DNA from: Epiperipatus broadwayi
Taxonomy: Eukaryota; Animalia; Onychophora
Assembly: GCA_028023455.1 (NCBI GenBank)
Contig: JAQFVV010000005.1
Coordinates: forward strand, 13,454,001 to 13,518,000
DNA length: 64,000 nucleotides
Direction: 5' to 3'
How positions within the stretch are numbered: position 1 is the first letter of the stretch; each line of letters opens with the position of its first letter. Both the position numbers and the translations under genes were made by a program. Below, piece by piece: positions 21,716 to 35,110 of the stretch. A model generated the notes under the pieces. It saw nothing but the letters and a program-made list of their open reading frames with translations, was not told where the DNA came from and did no database searches.

Positions 21716-24700
21716 ATGGCTGCCAGCATACAATTGCGAATAGCAGACTTCGATGTTGAAAATCCGGGCAATGGGCCATTATATGTAAAATTAGTAAAGA
21801 AACATTTGCTGATAAATAGCATAAAAAATCACATAGATATAGCTACTCTTTTCGGTTTTGCAGGGATCAAAGTATTGGACCGTTTGTGTGAGCTTGATGA
21901 GCCTGAAACGTACCATATAACGAGGTAGTTGCGAAATTAACTGCAGAGTTCTGCCCTCTACCGTCAAAACATATCGCAAGATTACATTTTAGAATATGAT
22001 GCGGCTCTAAGCAAGTTAGCAAAAAAATGTGCTTATGGCCAGTTCTTAGAAGAAGCACTTCTCGAGCAATGGTTACTAAGATTACACGAAACAAAATTCC
22101 ACGAACACTTACTAGCGGACTCGACCATAATGTATAAAAAAGCAATAAAAAAAAGGAATGGCACATGAATTAGTAATCGACCAAGCTAAGGAATATATAA
22201 ATACCACATCACAGTGTATATAGTATCAGTCAATCCAGAGAATAGTGGAACGAGAAGGAAAATGCAGGAGCCAGAAAGATTATAGGCACAATCACGTATG
22301 TTACCACTGCAAAAAACCAGGACACCTTGACAAAATTGTAGTCAATCCCATCCAAAACTGTTAAGTCATGGATTACGAAGATCTCTGGTGAGGGATTTAA
22401 CCAATTAAGTTTAAAAAGTTCAATTTCCAGAAATGTATGATATAAAAGCATTAAAGAGTGCAAAATCCAAAATTAATTAAACATACATAGAAGGAAAGCA
22501 TTTCAAAATGGAAATAGATAGCAGCTCAGGAGTCTCTCTTACATCTTTAAGAGATTAAAAGAACATTACTAAAGAAAGCAATTTTCTAAAAAAAATCGAG
22601 AGGACCGAAGTTTGCATTAAAATTGTAAATGGAAACACATTTGAGATTGATGGAAGAGTTTTGGTAAGAGTAAAATTGAACATGAACAGCATAAAGCTAC
22701 CATTATTTATAGTGCATAAACAAATAAACCTACTAATGCGTAGGAACTGTTTCAGAGTACTGGAAATCACAATCAATGTACTAAAAAAAATTAATATCGG
22801 AAAGAAAATACAAAGTAAATTCCCACTTTTACAAAGTTGAGTCAAATACAAACACCAGTGCAACTAAAGTTAAAGGATCACTCGAAACCTGTAATATGCA
22901 AAAGCCGAAAAGGACCATATGCACAGCGGAGCAAGTTGGAAGAAGCCCTGAATGATCTCATGCAAAAGGGTATTATAAGCCCAACTAAATATGTAGATTG
23001 GGCTACTCCAATCGTAGTGGTGAACAAACCCAATGGCAAAGAGTGTCTATGAAAACTATAGAGGGACGATAAATAAAAATTTGTGTAAAAGTGCATACCC
23101 AGTCCCAAACACAAGGGAGGTTCTAGCCCTCTTGGTGAGACTTTACAATTTTCCAAGCTCAATCTCCATGCTGCATTCCATCAAATACCCATGAGTGAAG
23201 AAACATCGAAGTTGCTGACCATAACAACACATTAGGGTTATTTAAATATAATTGACTGTCTTTCAGGATTAGTGTGGCTCCTAACATTTTTCAAGCAAAG
23301 ATGGATCATTTGGTAAAAGGACTGACCGGAGTAATCGCATATTATGATGATATCCTTATTACAGCTGACTTTGAGGAAAACCTCAGAGATAAAGTCATCC
23401 AAGTGTGCAGGAGATTGGAGAAATTTGGAGCAATGCTGAATGCCAATAAATGTGTATGGAGCACTCAGAAACTTAAAATTTTTGGGACACATATAATATC
23501 CAGACAGGGTAAATCGCCAGCATCCGAGAAAACAAAGGCAGTGAATAATGCACCTAGACCAAGGAATGTGAAAGTACTTCAGGCATTCCTGGGACTTATC
23601 AACTAATTTGAAACTTTCCTAAAGGGGGAAAGCTCATGTTACTCAACCACTGTTCAACTTGCTGAAGAAGAACCAAGTCTGGGAATGAACATCAGAACAT
23701 GAGAACACCTTTAATAAAACAAACACCCTACTGACATCAGAGAAACTATTAGTGCATTATAACAAGGCAGAATTATGATTGACAATGGCAATCCCCAGCA
23801 TCCGAGAAAACAAAGGCAGTGAATAATGCACCTAGACCAAGGAATGTGAAAGTACTTCAGGCATTCCTGGGATTTATCAACTAATTTGAAACTTTCCTAA
23901 AGGGGGAAAGCTCATGTTACTCAACCACTGTTCAACTTGCTGAAGAAGAACCAAGTCTGGGAATGAACATCAGAACACGAGAACACCTTTAATAAAACAA
24001 ACACCCTACTGACATCAGAGAAACTATTAGTGCATTATAACAAGGCAGAATTATGATTGACAATGGATGCATCAAAATATGGAATAGGTGCAGTGCTAAC
24101 ACACCCCATCCCTAGTGGCAAAAGACCAATAGCTTATGCCTCAAGGACTCTATCTAGTGCCAAAAGAAATTATAGCCAAAATAGATAAGGAGGCATTGGC
24201 AATAGTTTTTGGAATCAAGAAAATTCCATCTGTATTTGTATGGGGGAAGTTTACCATAATCACAGATCACAAACCGTTGCTGGAAATATTCACAAAAGTG
24301 AACCCTATTCCTGATTACTTGAGCCTCTGGATGTTACGCTGGATTATTATATTGTTGGCTTATCACTACAAACTACAATATAGGAGTAGCAAATTGATCC
24401 AATATGCTGATGCATTGTCAAGGCTGCCAGATACCTCAGAAGAAAAAAAAACCATTATAGAAGTCAATTACATAAACAATTGGGATTTGTAAGTGGTGAA
24501 ACAGTAGATGCATAGCTGAATGGACTGATGCTGTCTCGGGCTATGAAATACTTAAAGGCTGGATCAGTAAGGGTTGGCCCAACAGAAGACCTAAAAATTT
24601 ACCAATAGCATTCTAGAATACATGTGATCAACTATCAATCAGCAAGGATTGCGTCTTCAATGGCGACAGAGCTGTGATACCTCCGAGAGGTTAAAACAAA

Positions 24701-25760
24701 GTCCTAAGTTTACTTCATAGAGGTCATCCTGGGATAATGTGTGTGAAGACATTAGGACGGAATTATGTTTGGTGGCCAAAACTAAATGAAGAGATAGAAG
24801 CGTCACAAAAAGCTGTATAGACTATCAAGCAAATACTGGACAGAAAAACAAAAAAATATAGGTTTGGCCATCAGCTATGAGAGTTTGGGAGCGTATTCAT
24901 ATAGATTATGCTAGCCCTTTCATGGGATACATTTTCCTAGTATTGGTCAATGCTTACTCACACTGGATAGAATACAAAGTCATTAAAAATACTGGGACAA
25001 ATGAAGTCATCAAGCATTTAAGTTCGATATTTACAACCCAAGGATATCCAGAAACTCTAATCATGAACAAACGGTACAGGTTTTGCACCGTCAAAATTTG
25101 AGTATTTGATAATCAAAAATATTAGATATATCCACACACCACTGTAACACTCTGAAAGCAATGGGCTCACCGAAAATGCAGTAAAACAGCTAAAAAAGGC
25201 AATAAGAAAGGGAAAATTCTGCAAAGATACCAGATGCGTTAGCCAGCCGAATTGTTCCTGAAGTGAAGATCACGGACAGAGCTAAACTTGCTACTGCCTG
25301 AATTGACCAAAAAAACTGGAGAATCAATGCATGAGAAGTTCATCATTGGTGAGGAGGTGTGAATACGAGATTGTCTATGGAAAATCTGAATAAAAGGTGA
25401 AATAGTCACATAACTTCAAAGAATATTGTGACAGTGCAAATGGAAGATGAGATAGTATACAAAAGACATTTTAATCACATTCGCAACTGTAGTTGTCTGA
25501 GGTGGGGAAAAAAGATAATCCCGACCAGAACAAATCAATGGAGACTATACCGGAGATCAGCGAGATCCAAGTTGCTAACCCAGAAACAGAAACTAGTGGA
25601 GCAGATAATGCACCTGAAACTAGAGCCAGTGATGAGCAAAGAACTGTCAGAAACAGAGAATTCAAGTGAAAAGAAGCAGTCAAAAGAAAAGTGAGGATAC
25701 CACCACCCAAGAAGAAATAGAAAACCACCTGCATACCTAAGAGACTGTGAAATTACTGAT
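21716..25760 (+). pseudogene. Gypsy gag-pol pseudogene
   Basis: Gag zinc knuckle CYHCKKPGH (~22300); protease FKMEIDSSS (~22502); RT DWATPIVVVNKP and AYYDDILI; RNase H DASKYGIGAVL and IAYASRTL; integrase HRGHPGI, WERIHIDYASPF, SNGLTENAV. Many stops and frameshifts. Confidence 0.92.
23517..24066 (+). repeat. Near-identical ~275-bp tandem duplication inside Gypsy pol
   Basis: ccagcatccgagaaaac...attatgattgacaatgg occurs at ~23517-23788 and ~23795-24066. Confidence 0.9.
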
Positions 25761-25765
25761 ACTTC

Positions 25766-26330
25766 TGGAGTGGGAGGAGGAGTGTGGTGTCACGGACAAG
25801 TTGGTTTAGGATTGCTTGAAAATTATTATGTAAATAGTACTGTAAAATTAAAGGGATTCATAAATAATAATAGAATTGTATGAAGAATAGAATTGTATGA
25901 CTAAATAATATTAGAAGTGTATAACTAAATAATATTGGAATTATTTAATGTAAGATATCATGTAGAAAAAAAAACCCATATATGGTTTGAAAGTTTAAGT
26001 AAAATTTACTTCCAAAATGCCTCACCTTATAAGGTGAAACTGGGGATGAATCAAAACCCATAGAGACTAGTGAAAGGCTCATTTAGCAGACGATATAAGG
26101 AGAGGTATTTATGGAATGAGAGATGTTTTATTTGAACTCCAGAAGTCGAGTATAGAGGGAGAATTGGGGTAGTAAAAAATTAGAGGCTACAGTGGCCCTA
26201 ATGCAACTTGAAAGGGGTGCTTTATTGACGTATGTAACAGTTATGTAATTGAATTTTGCTGGAAATTAAACTAACATTTTAACTCATGCAATCTGTCTAA
26301 ATTTCACATTTGTTTGATGCATACACATCA
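25766..26330 (+). repeat. Polypurine tract and 3' LTR
   Basis: ggagtgggaggaggag immediately precedes TG at 25783; the LTR ends tacacatca at 26330. Confidence 0.9.
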
Positions 26331-26567
26331 ATTTATATTCCACAATGCGTATATAATCAGCAGAAAGAAACTAGGCATTATCAGTAGGTAATTAAACCTA
26401 TCAATAATAAATAGCTGGTCCCAAATATCTTAAATTATTTTAAAACGTTGGCAAATGTTTGTCATATTATTAGAATAGTGTCAATATGATGTGCATAAGT
26501 AAAGGAATATTTAAAATAAATATTTTAAATAAAAATAATGTCCAACCAAAAGTTTACAACATTGTAA

Positions 26568-27172
26568 TATAATATTTAAACAGCATTAAACTGTTGCACA
26601 TGCGCTTTGGATTTTAAATATAAAATGAATGAATACTAACACTTCAACCGCATGATAAAGTCTTTGGAAAAGATAGAATGGCCATCTATCTTTTCAAACC
26701 CAAACACTTTTGTATGGGCGAATCTTAAGTGTTTGAAAGTGAAAGCAATCCAAAGCGCAAGTGCAACAGTTTAATGCTGTTTAAATATTATTGTTTATAA
26801 AAAACATCGTGCTATATAAAATAATTGACTTATTTACATACATTTAATTTCAAATAAGAATGACATATCATAAATTCTAATAAATTTCGCCAGCGTCATT
26901 CTTTCAAGCATGTAAAAGTATTTAAAGTGATTATTTAATAACTTCACGCTTTCACTTTCAAACACTTAAGATTCGCCCATACAAAAGCGTTTGGGTTCGA
27001 AAAGATAGATGGCCATTCTATCTTTTCCATAGACTTTATCATGTGGTTGAAGTGTTATTATTCATTCATTTTATATTTAAAATCCAAAGCACATGTGCAA
27101 CAGTTTAATGTTGTTTAAATATTATTGTTTATAAAAAAACATTGCGCTATATAAAATAATTGACTTATTTAC
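26568..27172. repeat. Complex fold-back (inverted duplication) structure
   Basis: 26568-26736 is the reverse complement of 26948-27124 (~170 bp, few mismatches). 26737-26838 is a direct repeat of 27081-27172. Internal palindrome gaaaagatagaatggccatctatcttttc. Confidence 0.85.
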
Positions 27173-27210
27173 AAACATTGTAATATACAAAACTATTCAA
27201 ACATTATAAA

Positions 27211-27401
27211 ATGATCCTCAATTATCCACGCAATCTCATACTGCTGACACACTTAATCACACACATGTTGAAAAGATAAATAATCACCAATATAAAGTAT
27301 TTTATGCTAAACCAGCACTCAACAGCTAGTCCAGATTTTTTCAACATGTGTGTGATCAAGGGTGTCAGCAGTATGAGATGGTGTGGATAGTTTAGGGTCA
27401 T
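27211..27401. mobile_element. Palindromic MITE-like element (~63-bp arms)
   Basis: atgatcctcaattatccacgcaatctcatactgctgacacacttaatcacacacatgttgaaaa pairs with ttttcaacatgtgtgtgatcaagggtgtcagcagtatgagatggtgtggatagtttagggtcat. No clear TSD. Confidence 0.6.
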
Positions 27402-27773
27402 GTGAAAGTCTGAGTTCAAACCTCTTTATATATTACATATTGGAATGCATGTACAAAAAAGTCTGTACTGTAGAAAAAATTCAAATATTCAAATATAAAT
27501 GTCTAAATTTACAATTGGTTAGGCAATTATTTTAATTTTCTACTAGTGCACCTTATGTAACAGTGCCTGTATTTGCTAACAATCTTAATATGAAATTCAT
27601 TGTCGAAATTTTTGTATAAGGTAGAATTGATGTTTATTATAATAAATGTACATTTTTGTTGTCAAATTTTAGTCTCTGTCTCTATGATCTTTTGAGTCCT
27701 AAATTTATTAATCATACTGTAGAAATTTTTAATTCATGTCTTGAGTCCCAAATTCATTAAATATACTATAGAA

Positions 27774-28517
27774 CAGCATTTCTCAACCTTTTTGCCACAC
27801 GACCCAATAGACTTCGTTGAAATAGTTTTGCGACCCAAATTTATTGCATAAATTATAATATAAAATAAAAGAGATATTACATTAGCACAGTACTGTATAT
27901 TTGTATATATTCAAATCAATTTGATAATATTTATAATGAAGAAATAATATGTAAGTTAAAAGTTGGGTTAAAGTTAAACTACATATTTTTAATTTAAAAG
28001 CTTAACACATTTTGTTACTTACCAAAAAAAAGTGTTTTCTTTTCAAATAAGGTTTTATTTATATACGAAATACAAGCAAAAATTATAAAAAATTGTCTAC
28101 TTTGATGTATCAGTTCGATTTCAATATTGTTTGAAGTTACTATAAAAAAATTGTAAAACTGCAGCAGTAACTTATTTAAATACAATTTGCTATTAAAATA
28201 TTATAAATTAATTTATTAATTTTAATTATATTTATTACAAACATATTTAAATTATGAACATACAATGCAAAATAATAATTTAATGGCTTTGTTGTTGTTG
28301 CTTCTTTTCAATTAATTTATCAATTCTTGTTCTTATAGAATTTGAGAAAACTATACAAAGCATAGGTAGTATTACTCACTAATTTTTTTTATTAATACTA
28401 ATATTTACTTAAAATGTAAAAAGATTTTTGCTATCAGATATTTGTTTTTATTTCTCGGTGTATGCATATTCGTGACCCATTAAAAATTTAACGTGACCCA
28501 AAGGTTGAGAAACGCAG
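27774..28517. mobile_element. hAT-superfamily MITE with a perfect 8-bp TSD
   Basis: TIRs cagcatttctcaacc / ggttgagaaacgcag; TSD ctatagaa at 27766-27773 and 28518-28525; subterminal gcgaccc/gtgaccc motifs. Confidence 0.9.
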
Positions 28518-29149
28518 CTATAGAAATCTTTATTTAAATCTTGGTACACAAATTACTCTTTTTTTTTTTTATGTTGCAAAAATATTGAATTACAATTTTT
28601 AAAATTGGTGATTATCCTACATAAATTTAATTTAAATGAACATTCACAAATTAAGTTATAGAATCAGATATGCAATTTATTTTAAAACACAGATCCAAAT
28701 TTGGAGTATACAAATTTTATAAAATTGAAGATTTCAAATGTTCAGATTACATTTGAGATACAATTATTTATTTATTTTTTAAATTGAATTTCATTTGAAA
28801 CTACATGTTATTTGATCATTGAACACATAAGAATTATATTATTTTTGAAAATAATTAAAACAAATATATTGTTGATGAGTATCGGAATAGCTTAAAAGAT
28901 ACAGTTTCATTCTCAATATTTGAATATCATCCTAGGTGAAGACTTTATTCTTCAAAACTTTGGTGTTTCATGCATTTGTTATTTAAATTGAATGTTTCTT
29001 TAATTGATACTATTATTATTATGTTATACTGGGATATATTGGCTTGTAGGTCAAGTCTATATCTCCCACAGTTTATTATTAGGATATCATTCATTTAGAA
29101 CAGCATGATAGTACAATTAATACTTGACATTATTATAGTAAAACACCCT

Positions 29150-29700
29150 TAGCTTATCACATTATTTTCATGATTATTCAAATCATATTTATTTTGCCAA
29201 ATATCAACAAATCAGATTATATCAATTATAATATATGACAAATACATTAATCTTATTTTATAAGATTTGTTTCGGATCAGATCATAGCAGTAAGATTTAT
29301 TTGGTAACTAATAGTGATATAAGATCTTTGGAGGGGAGAATATAAAAAGAGATTCTTTTATTATCAAGTAATATTTATATTGTACCCTTGCTGTTAGGGA
29401 AATGTGCTTTAAATATTGGGGAGTTTGATTTAAAATATGGTCCAAGAGAGAGTTAACAATGTTCATCATCTTAATTTTTTTATATATTAAAGATGATAGT
29501 GATCATTTGTCATTATTGTAGATCCTTTAATTGACAAATGTCTTGGTAGCAAAACAATTATAATTATTTAACCCACCGAGCTTAGTCTTTGATTATTACT
29601 ATCTTTTCTTAGGGTACAGTATGGCTGCCAAATATGGAACCAAAGATTAATGCTGTCAATTTTGCAAATTGTATATAGATTATTGATTAAACATTGTGCC
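29150..29700 (+). mobile_element. Very decayed LINE RT C-terminal remnant
   Basis: FKYWGV*F (KYLGV-like, ~29410) and QYGCQIW (~29620). Confidence 0.35.
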
Positions 29701-29957
29701 TAAATTTAGTTATCAATGATAATTATTTGGTACTGTATAAATAATTAATGACATACTTATTATTGCTTTATCTGATCCTACTGCCATTATAAAATCAATT
29801 ATATTTTATGTTTATAATGTTGCAGTCTTCAAACAATTATTTAACTTGTATTTTTTGTTGGGATCTATATTATCTGATATTAATAATTTTATACTTATTT
29901 TAATTATTAGTTAATTTATTTTAAAAATATTTTTGGTGACCAATATCTACTATAGAC

Positions 29958-30080
29958 TAAGGTTACCAGACTCCCGATTTTTAACAATTTGTCCCGTGTA
30001 CTGCAGCATTTTAAAAAGTCCTGATTTTTGGAAAGAATGCACAAGCTAGGGAACAGTGGGAGAACGGGGAGGAAATATAC
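29958..30080 (+). mobile_element. Left terminus of an hAT-type element
   Basis: taaggttaccagactcccgattttt..tgtcccg resembles TAGGGT(T/G)ACCAGA..TCCCG hAT ends. No right TIR located. Confidence 0.45.
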
Positions 30081-30739
30081 AGTTTTCGGTGGCCATGTGG
30101 CTATTTTGCCAGGATATGAGTTTTATATTATTTTTGTTAATTTTATAATGTTAAACTTTAATAATGACAAATAATTGTTGAGAACTGCTTATCAAAGTTT
30201 GCATTGTTGATCAGTTGTTAGAATTCAACCACCATTGTTTGGATTTAATGAACAATGGCATTTTTTGGCATTGGCAATGATGAAAACATTTTGTAACCAT
30301 CTCTCAGACGATACACATTGTACTGCATGCTAGTGCTAGTTAAACAAGTGATGTCAACAAATGAGCTATTCAGATAATTTAGGTAATTTATTTATTTATT
30401 TCATAAATACATAAATTTTCTTGAATTTAGTAGACAGTACTCGTATTATTTATATTTTACAGTGACGGCAAAAAGTCTAGCTCTGGCCTTGAAAGTGACA
30501 TGACTTACGTTACGGCAAATTTAAAGAAAAAATAATATAAGTTAGTATTGTTATTATTTAGATAGAAATATAGGATTAAAACCCAGATATAATAATAATA
30601 ATAAAAATAAGAATATATTTACATATATAATCATCAATATTACATCGCAAACAAGAGATGTTAAAAGTATGCATAATAAGGCTATGTGCATATGAACCTA
30701 TACACGATGTAAACTATAATTTTGAATTACTCAGATAAA

Positions 30740-31100
30740 TTATAGTATATACCATTTAAATAAGATGAAACCTATTTTGTTTAAGAAATACAAATCTCCA
30801 ATTAATTATGATGAATATAATCCAGAAAAAGATGGATTAAAAGTCTATATCCAATTAGCAGCCAAAGTTGAGAAAAGAATCAAATATAAAAAAGGAAATC
30901 CTCATAAATTTGAAGTAGGAGACAAGAGTATTTGTTAAAATACCTCATCCAAGCAACCCAATAGAAGTATCAAAAATTTTACTACTAATACTACGGATCT
31001 TTCACTATTATAAAAAAGTCTGCTCCAAATGCATTTTGGATAGAGATGAAGAATTAAAAAGAACCTATAATGAACATTGCTTGAAACCTTATTATGGTAA
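30740..31100 (+). mobile_element. Gypsy integrase C-terminal (GPY/F-region) fragment
   Basis: NPHKFEVGD..VFVKIPHPS...YGSFTIIKKSAPNAF...TYNEHCLKPYY across frameshifts. Confidence 0.55.
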
Positions 31101-31518
31101 AATAAAATTATTATTGAATGGATATGTTTGATTTAGACACGAGTCATAATCATAAATAGAAAGAAATAAGACTAGATCACAAATAGAGTCAATTAACCTA
31201 TGATGAGAGTAAGCCCAGATAATTATAAAACAATTACTGGGATATTTGACAACAGAGATTAAAAGGATGATTCATAAAGAATAAACACTCCTAGGTTTAA
31301 TTAGTCCTTGTAGAAACCCAAAAGCCTCAAAAAAGAGCAGAGTAAAAGGATAATTAATTATGTGACTTCTAATATACAGGCACATTATCGGTTGATCTCG
31401 GATAACAAAACCACCATAATAACCCTCATACAATTCTCATTTCAGTAAGATATAATGAAGGAAAGTAGAAAATAATATTAAATAGACTAGAATAAATAGG
31501 TTAGATAATTTTTTTTTT

Positions 31519-31697
31519 ATGTATACCAACATTCTCCTCTTAGATTTAAACCATGCATCATAAATGAGCATTAAAATTTAAACTACGACTTTAAATTTTA
31601 ATGTCAGGGTGGAAGAATAGTAAAGATATTTACAATTTAAACCATATCACTCACTACCAAATCAAACTTATATTTTATATGTATATATATTGCATCC
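31519..31697. repeat. ~200-bp dispersed duplication, copy 1 (continues at 34913-34942 after the RTE insertion)
   Basis: Nearly identical to 36801-36979; the continuation atattgcatactatatgattggtacagata matches 36969-36998. Confidence 0.85.
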
Positions 31698-34600
31698 GGT
31701 TGCAGAAAGGAGTTTGCTATTAACTGAAAGGAGACTCTTTGATTCCTCTTGGAGGCCTTAAATGAACCGAGCAGGGCAAATTCCTAATGTCCACTCCATA
31801 TGTTCTGGTCGTTGCAGCTATTATTACTATGTATTATTCATATAGTATACGAACATGGATGGGCTGCTCACCAACACATATTAGCCAGCGTGGTGAGTTT
31901 ATTGGCTTTTTATCTCCAAGTTTAAGAAGATTTTTTCTAATATATACAATCATAACAGACAAAAATAAATCATGGCCCTTTTTCCCAGGGGGCTGTAAAG
32001 TCAGCAACCAAGGCAGCAGTTTGTGGCCGAAGGCGGAGGGTGCTAAGAATCCCCTGATTGCGGACTCAGGCTGCCATTTGATGATGGCTTTTTATTTAGG
32101 TATTTACAACTGCAGATCACTTTCAAGTGAAGGAAGATTACAAGAGTTAGAAGAAGAACTGTCTTATATTAAATGGACATTATTGGACTTTGTGGAGTTA
32201 GAAGAAAAAGTGAAGAAATAATTGATTTAAAAAGTGGACATATACTCTACTATAAAGGTACAAATACTGGAAATACAAGTGGAGTAGGATTCATTATAAA
32301 TAAAAAATGGAAAAATAACATTGTGAAGATTGATGGTGTATCGGACAGAGTGGCAAGATTAGTTTTACAACTTAATAGCAGATACCAAATGCAGATAATT
32401 TAGATTTATGCCCCAACAAGTTCTCATAGTGAAGTAGTAGATTTTTATATGGATGTAAAAAGGCTTTTGATCAGAGTAAACAACATTTTAAAACTGTTAT
32501 GGGAGACTTTAATGCTAGAATTGGTAAACAAATGCTGTAGGTAATTTTGGTTATGGTAATAGAAATGAGAGAGGACATAGACTTGTGAAGTTAGCAGAAA
32601 AAAAACAACTTTATATTATGAATTCTTTTTTTGAGAAAAATGTTAAAAGGAAATGGACATGGAAGCATCCAAATGAAGGTACAGCAGAATTGGATTATAT
32701 TTTGATTAAAAGAAAATAAATATTTCAAGATTGTAATGTTCTTAATAAATTTAACACAGGAAGTGATCATCGATTAGTAAAATGTAAGATACATGTTAAT
32801 GCAAAAATAGAGAGACAAAAATTTATTAAGAAAAACAATATTTACAGTTGATATTCCTAATCTTCAAAAACATTCTAATGAATTTAAATTAGAACTTACA
32901 AATCGGTTTCAAGTATTAGTAGATTTTGAACATGATTCAGATTTGAATGACATTAACAGGAAAATAACTGACACACTTTTAAAAACTGTAACAAAGATAG
33001 CTGGTAGAAAAAAGCAGCAATTGACCAATAAAATTTCTACTGAGACAAGAGAATTTACAAAGAAAAAAAGAAATATGAGGATATACAACAATGATGCATT
33101 AAAAAAGATTGAATATCTCGAATTTTGTAAAAATGGTGCGGAAAAGAGTTGAAAATGATTTAAGAAAGTATAATTGTGAACTAGCAAGGAAAGCTGTAGA
33201 AGAGAATAAAAGTCTAAAGAGTGTAAAACAACATTTTGGTATTGGTAGGAAATTTATATCTGCAATAAAAAGTCTAAAGAGTGTAAAACAACATTTTGGT
33301 ATTGGTAGGAAATTTATATCTGCAATAAGAAAAAAAGATAGCATTATTACTAAAAAGAGAGATGATATCATGAAATGTGTAGAAGACTTCTATCAAGAAT
33401 TATATAGTAATAAAGAACAAGTGCCTCCTATACCTATTATATCTTCCGAATTGCCCAGAATTTTGAATGACGAAGTGAGACATGCAATTAAATTTATGAA
33501 GAAAGGGAAGGCTCCAGGTAATGATGGAATTATAATTAATATATTAAAAGAAACAGGTGAAGAAATAGAAATTTTTTTAGCAAAGTTATATACCAAATGT
33601 CTAAATGATAAAGATGTACCACATGATTGGAAGAATGCAGTATTAATATTAATATTTAAAAAAGGTGATAAAGAAGATATTAGAAATTACAGACCTATCA
33701 GTTTTATACAAAATTTTTACTAAGATAATTACAACTCGTCTACTGAAAACACTGGATTTCCATCAACCAAGAGAACAAGCAGATTTAAAAATGGCTTTAG
33801 TACAGTAGATCATATCCAGGTATTAAGAGAAGTTATAGAAAGGACAAATGAATATGAGTTGCCATTATGCTTAGGATTGGTAGATTATGAAAAGGTATTT
33901 GATTCTATAAACATTTCTTCAGTGATTAAAGCATCCAAGATATTGTCATATTTTAAAGAACATTTATAAAAATGCAACAGCAATAATTAGATTACATAAT
34001 GATAGTAGGAAAATCAAAATTAAAAAGGGTGTAAGACAGGGTGACTCCATATCTCCAAAACTTTTTACAGCAGTGCTGCAAGAAGTATTTTGTGGATTAA
34101 AATGGGAAGCTAAAGGAGTGAAACTAAATGGAGATTATTTAAGTCATTTAGATTTTGCAGATGATGTAATTGTTTTTGAAAATAATGCTTTAGAGTTACA
34201 GGAAATGTTGCAAGAGTTGTCAGATGAAAGTAGGACTAAAGATAAATGTTAAAAAGACTAAAGTAATGTTTAATAGATTTTCTCAAAATATGAAAATAAA
34301 GATTAATTATGATGAGTTAGAAGAAGTTAATTTACAAATACCTTGGTCAGATTATTAATACAGATGGAAACATAATGGATGAAATTAATCATAGAATTAA
34401 ACTTGGTTGGAGTGCTTTTGGTAGAAATAATTTGATACTAAAAGGAAATATGCCTATATGTTTAAAAAGAAAGGTTTTTAATAAATGTGTTTTGCCAATT
34501 CTTACTTATGAATCTGAGACTTGGACACTTAATAGAAGAGCAATACAGAGACTTCAGACCACTCAAAGAAGTATGGAGAAATGCATGTTGGGAGTAACAA

Positions 34601-34912
34601 GAAGAGATCGAAAACTCAATGTATGGGTAAGAGAACAAACAGGTGTTACTGGCCTCATTGAAAAAATTAAAAGACTGAAGTGGACGTGGGCTGGACATAT
34701 TGCTAGAAGAGATGATAATAGATGGACAATTGAAATTTTAAACTGGATTACAAGAGATTGTAAAAGACCCAGAAAGAGACTACATGTGAGATGGATGGAT
34801 GATAAGAAAGTGTGCAGGGGTGATGTGGAGAAGAGAAGCTAAAGATAGGAAAAGATGGATTGAACTTGGAGACCTTCATCCTGCAGTGGATTGATAATGG
34901 TTGATGATGAAG
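31698..34912 (+). mobile_element. RTE-clade LINE, near full length, decayed, with an 11-bp TSD
   Basis: TSD atattgcatcc / atattgcatac (31687-31697, 34913-34923). APE (LGIYNCRSLSSEGRL, MGDFNARIG, GSDHRLV); RT (GKAPGNDG, YRPIS, VDYEKVFDSI, GVRQGDSISPKLF, LDFADDV); RTE C-terminus KWTWAGHIARR.DNRWT; short (TGA)n tail. Confidence 0.93.
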
Positions 34913-35110
34913 ATATTGCATACTATATGATTGGTACAGATAAATATTTTCTTAAGTCTGTAAAATTCAGGATGATTTATGAATTCATTTCATGGGATTA
35001 CATTCTGGAATAAAAGCATTAATATGATAATTTAATACATAATTTCGTAAATGGAATTTCAGATTTTATCCAATTTTAGGATGTATTTTTCATTTTATCT
35101 TAAAATCAAA

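Larger units (their letters stand above)
21055..26330 (+). mobile_element. Ty3/Gypsy LTR retrotransposon (Mag/K02A2.6-like), full-length but decayed
   Basis: LTRs 21055-21595 and 25783-26330 (TG...CA, clearly diverged), PBS and PPT, gag-pol remnants. No matching TSD (ctttg / attta). Confidence 0.92.

Noticed and set aside
26568-27172. Endogenous parvovirus/densovirus ITR
   Set aside because: No NS1/Rep or capsid remnant is visible nearby; kept only as a fold-back finding.
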